From Vicinamibacteria bacterium (GTDB taxonomy: Bacteria; Acidobacteriota; Vicinamibacteria; Marinacidobacterales; Marinacidobacteraceae): a stretch of 64,000 nt of DNA. A program made the translations under genes and the position numbers. The DNA lies in NCBI GenBank assembly GCA_963668695.2, contig CAXXLQ010000004.1:1568001-1632000 (forward strand), in the 5' to 3' direction. The notes beneath the pieces are model-generated. The model worked only from the letters and a program-made list of their open reading frames with translations. It was not told the origin of the DNA and searched no databases. Positions within the stretch are counted from its first letter, which is position 1. Every line of letters begins with the position of its first letter. Positions 57,456-64,000 of this stretch are shown piece by piece.

Positions 57456-59519
57456 TCAGGGTTGCGAATCGGTCGTCCCGGTTTCCCCGGTGACGTGCTC
57501 CCATAGCTCGAGGGCGTGACGGGTAAGGGCAGGCAGATCCTCACCGAGGAGATATCCGGCATCGATCAACTCGAGCGCCGCTTCGGTGAACCGCCCCAGG
57601 TAGTCCTCCCTGCTTGCGTAGCGGTCGCTGACGGACGCCCGCGGATCGCCGGCAGTTTGCGCCTCGGCGGCGGTCTTCGGGAACGGCACGAAAGAACCGA
57701 CCATGCTGGAGACCTCGTCCGGCGGGCCGGACTCGGCGTTGAAGAGGTTCCAGCCGGTGTAGGTTGCGAGGGGTACCGCAACTTCGGGCATCCGGATGCC
57801 GGCGACCTCGTTCCCGTCCTCGTCCACCGCGGACACCCGAATCGGGAAGCGCTTGCCGATGATTGGCGGCTCCTGGGTCACGACCCCCGTGGTCGCGAAA
57901 TCCGGGCCGTAGTCGGCGCGATAGGCGTAGTGGACCCGGTCCGAGGTCGCCACCCCGGGAATGTCCGGGAATCCGAGGTTCTCGGCGGCGACCGCCGTGC
58001 CCTCCTCGATGCTCGGATACCGGCTCGGTGGGGGAGAGTCACCGCCCCGGGTCCAACCGTCCATCGCCAGCAGCAGGGCGCGCTGTCCCCAGCGGAAGTT
58101 GTTGGGATTGGCGCGCTGCTGGCCGATGGTGACGCTGGGAGGGAAACCCGCGGGTCCGTGCTGGGAACTGGCGTACATGTAGACGCGCACATGGTCCGGG
58201 ATGCGGGCGTCTTCGGTGGCGTCCAACGTGGTGTGGATGAGGCTCGCGGCGCGACCCCAGTATTCGTAGGAGGAGTTCGTGTAGAAGACCCGGGGGTAGA
58301 ACGTCTCGCGCTGCCGGGTGAGGAGTCCCGCGGTCAATCCGGTTTCCGGATCGGTCTGTTCCACGTCGGTGAAGGGGAAGATGTCCGTGGGGTGGAACAT
58401 GTTCATGTAGGGGTGGGCATCCCTCGATGCCTGGGCGAAGCGGTGGTTGAAGCTGCCACGGCCGCCGCCCGCCACGTCGGCGATCACCGCGTCGAGCACC
58501 CGGCGCCCCTTCTCGTCTCCGTTGAACCCGTAGTACATGAACGTCCGCAGGAAGCGCCCGCTCTGTGAAACCCCGAAGCTGATGGCGCTCGTGATGTCGC
58601 CCGCGGCGATTCCGAGTTCTTCGGATCCGTCGTGCCGCAGCAGGGTGACGAAGTCACGGATGCCGGCGGGGCCGAGGCCCACCAGCGGCGGGTTGTGCGA
58701 GCGGTAGACGACCTCGTAGATGCGGTGCGGCTGGAAACCGCCCTTCAAGTACACCGCGCCGTCGTCGGGCACCACGGAGCCGTTGTCAACCCGACCGAAG
58801 CCCCACTGTTCAGGGGGAATGACTTCTCGTTCGTCTTCCACCCGGTGGCGTACCGTCAGGACGTTCACTGCGTCCTCCGGATCCTTCACCCGGTAGGGCC
58901 GGTGGTTGCGGTCGGCGAGCGTGTGGTGATCGGTGGCGCTTCGGACCACGAAGTCGGCCCGCACCAGACCCTCGATGGCGGAGCCGTCCGGGTTCGTCGC
59001 GATCGGTGGGTGCATCCGCATCCGGAGCGGGTCGTCGTCCGGTACGTCCCACTGCCAGCCGAGCCAGAGCAGCGTGAACCCGTGGCGCATCAGGAAGCCG
59101 TCGCCGAAGTGCGCTTCGGTCGTCGGCGCGAGGCTACCCTGCGCCATGTTGAAGTAACCGAGCATTCCCTTCCGCCCGCGGTTGTTCACCTCGTGCAGCA
59201 GGGTGCCCCGGCTTTTTTCCATCACCTTGGGGCGGACCAGGTGGAAATCGGCGGACATCTCCACCTTTCCATCGGCGTTTTGCGGAGCGAGCGCGATGTC
59301 GGTGATGATGCGGTTGGCGTCGTTTTCGGGATCGAAGGCGAAATGGACGACCCCGATGATCTGCTCGTAGGGACCTGCCAGGCCGAAGCTCTTGCCCCCG
59401 AGCACATCCGAACGCTCGCGGATTTCGAACCCCACGACCTCGGCGGTGGCGGGAACCGCAAGCGCGGTCAGCAGCAAACACAGGAAGGCGACTGCGGTTC
59501 GCCCGTTTCCTCTCGTCAT
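57456..59519 (-). CDS. Exported alpha/beta-hydrolase-domain protein
   Basis: Signal peptide; EVNNRG, GWQWD, GVSQSGRFLR nucleophile motif, EYWGR, VPLATYTGWN; AGGAGG RBS. Confidence 0.85.
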   Translation of the reverse strand: MTRGNGRTAVAFLCLLLTALAVPATAEVVGFEIRERSDVLGGKSFGLAGPYEQIIGVVHFAFDPENDANRIITDIALAPQNADGKVEMSADFHLVRPKVMEKSRGTLLHEVNNRGRKGMLGYFNMAQGSLAPTTEAHFGDGFLMRHGFTLLWLGWQWDVPDDDPLRMRMHPPIATNPDGSAIEGLVRADFVVRSATDHHTLADRNHRPYRVKDPEDAVNVLTVRHRVEDEREVIPPEQWGFGRVDNGSVVPDDGAVYLKGGFQPHRIYEVVYRSHNPPLVGLGPAGIRDFVTLLRHDGSEELGIAAGDITSAISFGVSQSGRFLRTFMYYGFNGDEKGRRVLDAVIADVAGGGRGSFNHRFAQASRDAHPYMNMFHPTDIFPFTDVEQTDPETGLTAGLLTRQRETFYPRVFYTNSSYEYWGRAASLIHTTLDATEDARIPDHVRVYMYASSQHGPAGFPPSVTIGQQRANPNNFRWGQRALLLAMDGWTRGGDSPPPSRYPSIEEGTAVAAENLGFPDIPGVATSDRVHYAYRADYGPDFATTGVVTQEPPIIGKRFPIRVSAVDEDGNEVAGIRMPEVAVPLATYTGWNLFNAESGPPDEVSSMVGSFVPFPKTAAEAQTAGDPRASVSDRYASREDYLGRFTEAALELIDAGYLLGEDLPALTRHALELWEHVTGETGTTDSQP

Positions 59520-59568
59520 ACCTGAATCCTCCTAAGAGATTAAGGATGGCGAAGATACCGCAGGCCGG

Positions 59569-60109
59569 CAGCCGGTAGTGGAGCCCGGGTGAGCGCCGAG
59601 GCCGGCCAGTCCTCCCGGTGGGGGCGAGGCGCCCGGCTGACAAGGCGCGTGAGGGAGGAATACCGGGTGTATTTCGACCGAAACGCAACGATGAGCGGCG
59701 CGCAGCGACGCGGGTAACAGCCGGTGGTGGAACCCACGTGAGCGCCGAGGCCGGCGAGGCCCAGTTCTCCCGGTGGGGCCAGTTCTCCCGGTGGGGGCCC
59801 GGCTGACGAGGCGCGTGAGGGAGGAATACCGAGTGTATTTCGACCGAAGCGCAACGATGAGCGGCGCGCAGCGACGCGGTTCAACCGGGATGGATCGCCG
59901 GCCGAACGCCGCGCGGGTTTCATCACCGGCTGTTCAACCGGGATGGATCGCCGGCCGAACGCCGCGCGGGTTTCATCACCGGCTGTTTGGCCGGGATGGA
60001 TCGCCGGCCGAACGGCGCGCGGGTTTCATTACCGGCTGTTTGGCCGGGATGGATCGCCGGCCGAGCCCCCACCGGGAGAACTGGGCCGCGCGGGTTCCAC
60101 TACCGGCTG
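59569..60109. mobile_element. MITE-like repeat, copy 8 (expanded)
   Basis: CAGCCGGTAGTGGAGCCC ... GGGTTCCACTACCGGCTG|CTAG; internal module tandemly repeated. Confidence 0.82.
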
Positions 60110-60134
60110 CTAGCCGGCCCCGGGTGGTCAGACC

Positions 60135-60728
60135 TCACAGGTAGCGCGCGAGCGAGGCGCGGCGCGAGCGGCGGTTGCTGCCGCCGAGTCGCTTGGAGAG
60201 ATACACCTTGGAATCGCCGTTGTAGATTGGATGCGGCTCGTACTTGACGACGTCGAAATGCAGGTGGGTGAGGGTGCTGCGCATCTCGTAGTAGCGGTTC
60301 TTGGTCTTCACCACGATTTCCCGGAATCCCTTCTCGATGGCCCACTCTTCCTGGAACTCGTCCAACGCGCGGAAATGGCCCTGGCCGCGCCAGTCGCTTC
60401 TCGTGCCTCCGAGCCAGGCATAGAGAACGCGCTGCCCCGAAAAGCGCACCGCCTGCCGGAGCCGTTCCACCAGATCCGCGAGTTCCGGATCCGTCTCCTC
60501 GCTCCGGATTTCGTGGGCTACCCGGTAGGACACCGGCGCGAACCGCGTCGGCTCCTCGGGAAGGCTCGCCTCCACCATGAAGATTCCGTGCTCCCGGCCT
60601 TCGAGACGTTCCTGGATCTGCGCCGCCGTCTTCTTGCGGTCGAACTCCCCAAAGAACTCCTCGATGAACTGGATTTCGAGCGAACCGATCTCCAGCGGGT
60701 ACTGCCGGATACGGAAGGGCTGGTCCAC
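60135..60728 (-). CDS. GNAT-family acetyltransferase
   Basis: YAWLGGTRSDWRGQGHF, WAIEKGF, VKTKNRYYEM. Confidence 0.85.
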   Translation of the reverse strand: MDQPFRIRQYPLEIGSLEIQFIEEFFGEFDRKKTAAQIQERLEGREHGIFMVEASLPEEPTRFAPVSYRVAHEIRSEETDPELADLVERLRQAVRFSGQRVLYAWLGGTRSDWRGQGHFRALDEFQEEWAIEKGFREIVVKTKNRYYEMRSTLTHLHFDVVKYEPHPIYNGDSKVYLSKRLGGSNRRSRRASLARYL

Positions 60729-60733
60729 GCTAG

Positions 60734-61506
60734 CAGCCGGTGGGCAAGGTCACGTACGCACCGAGGCCCCCACCGGGAGAACTGGCGGTGAGGCGCCCGG
60801 CTGACAAGGCGCGCGAGGGAGGAGCCCCCACCGGGAGAACTGGCCCGAGTGTATTTCGACCGAAGCGCAACGACGAGCAACGCGAAGCGCCAGTTCTCCC
60901 GGTGGGGGGGCGGTTCAGCCGGGATGCATCGCCGGTCGCTTCCGGAGCGGGGCGGGAGCACCGCGGAGACCCCGGAGCGGAAGGGACGGGGGACGGGGAG
61001 ACCCGGCTCCGATCCCTCTTGGCTCGGGCTTCCGGAGCGGGGCGGGAGCACCGCGGAGACCCCGGAGCGGAAGGGACGGGGGGCGGGGCCACCCGGCTCC
61101 GATCCCTCTTGGCTCGGGCTTCCGGAGCGGGGCGGGAGCACCGCGGAGACCCCGGAGCGGAAGGGACGGGGGGCGGGGCCACCCGACCCCGATCCCTCTT
61201 GGCTCGGGCTTCCGGAGCGGGGCGGGAGCACCGCGGAGACCCCGGAGCGGAAGGGACGGGGGGCGGGGCCACCCGACCCCGATCCCTCTTGGCTCGGGCT
61301 TCCGGAGCGGGGCGGGAGCACCGCGGAGACCCCGGAGCGGAAGGGACGGGGGGCGGGGCCACCCGACCCCGATCCCTCTTGGCTCGGGCTTCCGGAGCGG
61401 GGCGGGAGCACCGCGGAGACCCCGGAGCGGAAGGGACGGGGGGCGGGGCCACCCGACCACCATCCCTTCTGGCTCGGGAATGCCTCGTGACTTTGTTCAC
61501 GGGCTG
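60734..61506. mobile_element. MITE-like repeat, copy 9, enclosing a 90-bp tandem array
   Basis: CTAG|CAGCCGGTGGGCAAGGTCAC ... GTGACTTTGTTCACGGGCTG (16/20 inverted match). Confidence 0.7.
60938..61477. repeat. 90-bp G-rich tandem repeat x6
   Basis: TCCGGAGCGG recurs at 60941, 61031, 61121, 61211, 61301 and 61391. Confidence 0.95.
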
Positions 61507-61512
61507 CTTCCT

Positions 61513-62814
61513 TCAGGGAGCGGCGGGATGCGGCCACAGGCGTCCGCGGCCCCCGAGTTCTTCCTCGATCCGGAGGAGTTCGTTGTACTTGGCGACGCGC
61601 TCGCCGCGGCACGGCGCACCGGCCTTGATCTGGCCGGCGCCCGTTGCGACGACAAGGTGGGAAATCGCGGTGTCCGGAGTTTCACCGGACCGGTGGCTCA
61701 ACATCGCTCCGAGGCCCGCCCGGAGTGCGCCCTGGACGACCTGTACCGTCTCGGTCAGCGTGCCCACCTGATTGGGCTTGATCAGGATGGCGTTCGCGGC
61801 TCCTTCTGCGATGCCGCGCTGCAGTCGGCTGTCCTGGGTCACGAAAAGGTCGTCGCCCACCAGTTGGACGCGATCGCCCAGGGTCCGGGTCAACGCGGTC
61901 CAACCCTCCCAATCGTCTTCGGCAAGGCCGTCCTCAATGGAAACCAGCGCCGGAAAACGGTCGAGCCAACCCGCGTAGAGCTCGATCATCGCCTCGGCGG
62001 GGCTCGGCGGCGCGTCCGGGTGGAAGTGGTAGCCGTTCTCATCGCTGAATTCGTTCGCCGCGACGTCGAGGGCGAGCCCCATTTGCTCGCCGGGCGCAAA
62101 GCCGGCCCCCTCGATCGCTTCCACCAACAGGTCCAGCGCCTCACCCGCATCGGAGAGCGCGGGGGCGAACCCTCCTTCGTCTCCCACCGCGGTTGAGTGC
62201 CCGCGCTTCCCGAGCACGTCACGCAACTCGTGGTACACGCCAACTCCCGCCCGCAGTGCGTCCGAGAACCCGGAAAATCCGAGCGGAACCACCATGAACT
62301 CCTGTACCAGCAGGGCGTTGTCGGCGTGGGCGCCGCCGTTCAGCACGTTGAAATAGGGAACCGGAAGCGTGTCGGCGATCGCGCCGCCGAGCGCCCGGTA
62401 GAGCGGCAGTCCGGCGGCCTCGGCGGCGGCTCGGGCGCTCGCTAGCGAGACCGCGAGAATCGCATTCGCCCCCAGCCCGGAGCGATCCTCCGAACCGTCG
62501 AGTTCGATCATGAGCCGGTCGACCGTCGCCTGGTCGGCGGCGTCTTCGCCGGCGAGTTCGGGGCCGATCTGTTCCTCAATGGCCGTGATCGCTCCCAGCA
62601 CGCCGCGGCCGCGGTAGCGGTCCGGGTCCTGGTCTCGGCGCTCGACGGCTTCGTGACGGCCGGTGGAGGCTCCGGACGGCACCGCGGCGCGCCCCCGGGC
62701 GCCGCCCACGAGCCAGACCTCGGCTTCCACCGTCGGATTCCCTCGCGAATCGAGGATCTCCCGGGCCGCAATCCGATCGATCCAGGTGTCGCTCTCGTCC
62801 ATTCGCCGGGTCAT
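61513..62814 (-). CDS. eno: Enolase
   Basis: [54 protein letters not shown]. Confidence 0.97.
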   Translation of the reverse strand: MTRRMDESDTWIDRIAAREILDSRGNPTVEAEVWLVGGARGRAAVPSGASTGRHEAVERRDQDPDRYRGRGVLGAITAIEEQIGPELAGEDAADQATVDRLMIELDGSEDRSGLGANAILAVSLASARAAAEAAGLPLYRALGGAIADTLPVPYFNVLNGGAHADNALLVQEFMVVPLGFSGFSDALRAGVGVYHELRDVLGKRGHSTAVGDEGGFAPALSDAGEALDLLVEAIEGAGFAPGEQMGLALDVAANEFSDENGYHFHPDAPPSPAEAMIELYAGWLDRFPALVSIEDGLAEDDWEGWTALTRTLGDRVQLVGDDLFVTQDSRLQRGIAEGAANAILIKPNQVGTLTETVQVVQGALRAGLGAMLSHRSGETPDTAISHLVVATGAGQIKAGAPCRGERVAKYNELLRIEEELGGRGRLWPHPAAP

Positions 62815-62854
62815 GGGTCGTATTTCGACCGTCTCAGGCGGTTCCGCCGTCTAA

Positions 62855-63210
62855 TAGCCTGTGGATAAGGTGGCGTGAGCGCCGAGACTGGCCAGTCCTC
62901 CCGGTGGGGGCGAGGCGCCCGGCTGACAAGGCGGGCGAGGGAGGAATACGGCGTTCGCCGAGCAACCCCATGACGCCGCCGAACCTTAGCAGCCTGTGGT
63001 GAAACCCATGCGGCGTTCGCCCGGCGATGCATCCCGGCTGAACCACTCCGCTTTGCTCCGTTCTGCGTTGCGTTTCGGTCGAAATACACCCGGTATTCCT
63101 CCCTCACGCGCCTTGTCAGCCGGGCGCCTCACCGGGCTCGGCGCTCACCTGGGTTCCACCACCGGCTACTAGCAGCCTATGGACAAGATGACGCGGCGTT
63201 CGACTGGCGC
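62855..63210. mobile_element. MITE-like repeat cluster, copy 10 (adjacent or nested ends)
   Basis: Ends at 62855 (CTAA|TAGCCTGTGG), 62990 (TTAG|CAGCCTGTGG), 63168 and 63173 (CTAG|CAGCCTATGG). Confidence 0.78.
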
Positions 63211-63321
63211 TCGGCCTCCCATTGCCAACAGCGTAAGGCCCCCGGGTCAGTTCGTCTTTCGGGGCCGCTGACACCGGTTGCCGTTTGACAAAAAGGGGGT
63301 GGCGCGCTTGACTACCGGCAT

Positions 63322-64000
63322 ATGGGTTCCCGGAGTATCGGCGGAAATAACCGCCGGGCCGTGTACTTGGCGCTCGGGACGCTGCTGGTGGCCGGCCCCG
63401 GAGCCGCGGCCTCGGTTTCCTGGGAACCGCCGGTCGGCTGGGAGGCCAACGAGGGGGGCTCGGTGGGCGCCGTGTCCGCCGGTGTCGTGGTCCTTTCCCA
63501 GATTTCCGGAATGGTGGCGAGCGAGGCCGGAAACCCGCTGCCAGGCGCCCTGGTTTCGGTATTCGCTACCGACAGCGAAGACGGAGCCGCCCGCTTTGCG
63601 GTAACCGACGAGGAGGGCCGGTTCGAAGTCGGCGAGGCGTCCCCGGGGCTTTACAGCCTGCGCGCCTATCTGGCCGGATTCCTTCCCTCGCCGCGGGCGC
63701 AGGTGCTTGTTCGCAGTGGCGCCTCCCTCGCGGACACCCTGCTGATCCAGATGGCGGCCATCGGATCGGAACATGGGTCCGGCACGCTTTCGGAACTCCG
63801 CTGGCTGCTCCAGCGGGGACGGCGGAACGTGCTGAAGGATCGCCGCGCCGGGCTCGATTTCCAGAACATCTGGGAGGGGCCGTGGACGGGTGGACCTCGT
63901 TTCCCGGCACTGGCTTCGCTCGAGGGCGAGTTCGGTTTCTTCGCGGCGTCGGGTAGCTCGCTCGGGCTCCCGGAGAGCCGGGCCGTGGATTCGAGTATTG
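63322..64000 (+). CDS. Exported CarboxypepD_reg-like domain protein (partial, runs off the window)
   Basis: MGSRSIGG.. signal; ISGMVASEAGNPLPGALV, VTDEEGRF, PGLYSLRAYLAGF; frame open to the window end. Confidence 0.75.
   Translation, partial: MGSRSIGGNNRRAVYLALGTLLVAGPGAAASVSWEPPVGWEANEGGSVGAVSAGVVVLSQISGMVASEAGNPLPGALVSVFATDSEDGAARFAVTDEEGRFEVGEASPGLYSLRAYLAGFLPSPRAQVLVRSGASLADTLLIQMAAIGSEHGSGTLSELRWLLQRGRRNVLKDRRAGLDFQNIWEGPWTGGPRFPALASLEGEFGFFAASGSSLGLPESRAVDSSI

Noticed and set aside
60518-61771. ORFs with 30-aa repeats on both strands
   Set aside because: Products of the stop-free 90-bp array and MITE; no RBS or protein-like composition.

Overview
High-GC bacterial chromosomal window. 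The gene content (CarboxypepD_reg-type TonB receptors, many secreted peptidases, dense toxin-antitoxin and restriction genes) suggests Acidobacteriota, possibly host-associated; this is inference only. From left to right it holds: a restriction-defence cluster (GmrSD-like 3' end, frameshifted Mrr-like nuclease, type IIG/ISP-like RM enzyme); a CCDC90-like repeat protein; a 40-unit 31/33-bp non-coding array; an HTTM/DCC1 + symporter + DapA-like block; two TRAP systems; M20/M24x3/M14/M19 peptidases; two TonB receptors; thiD-moaE-moaD; mrfAB-like repair genes; tRNA-Sec and tRNA-Ala; and enolase. There are four intact TA pairs, an orphan antitoxin and two VapC relics. The most unusual signals are non-coding: (1) ten MITE-like elements built from shuffled modules, in which a 17-bp cassette (CCCACCGGGAGAACTGG, roughly 40 copies) is present or absent at several internal sites and also occurs alone; (2) the helically phased two-unit 31/33-bp array; (3) a switch-like, glycine-riboswitch-like RNA structure at about 46.3 kb. 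Also notable are repeated CTGA-coupled gene junctions, a Smr-Tam in-frame fusion and several gene-end duplications or relics. All family calls come from motif recognition by eye; no database search was run.
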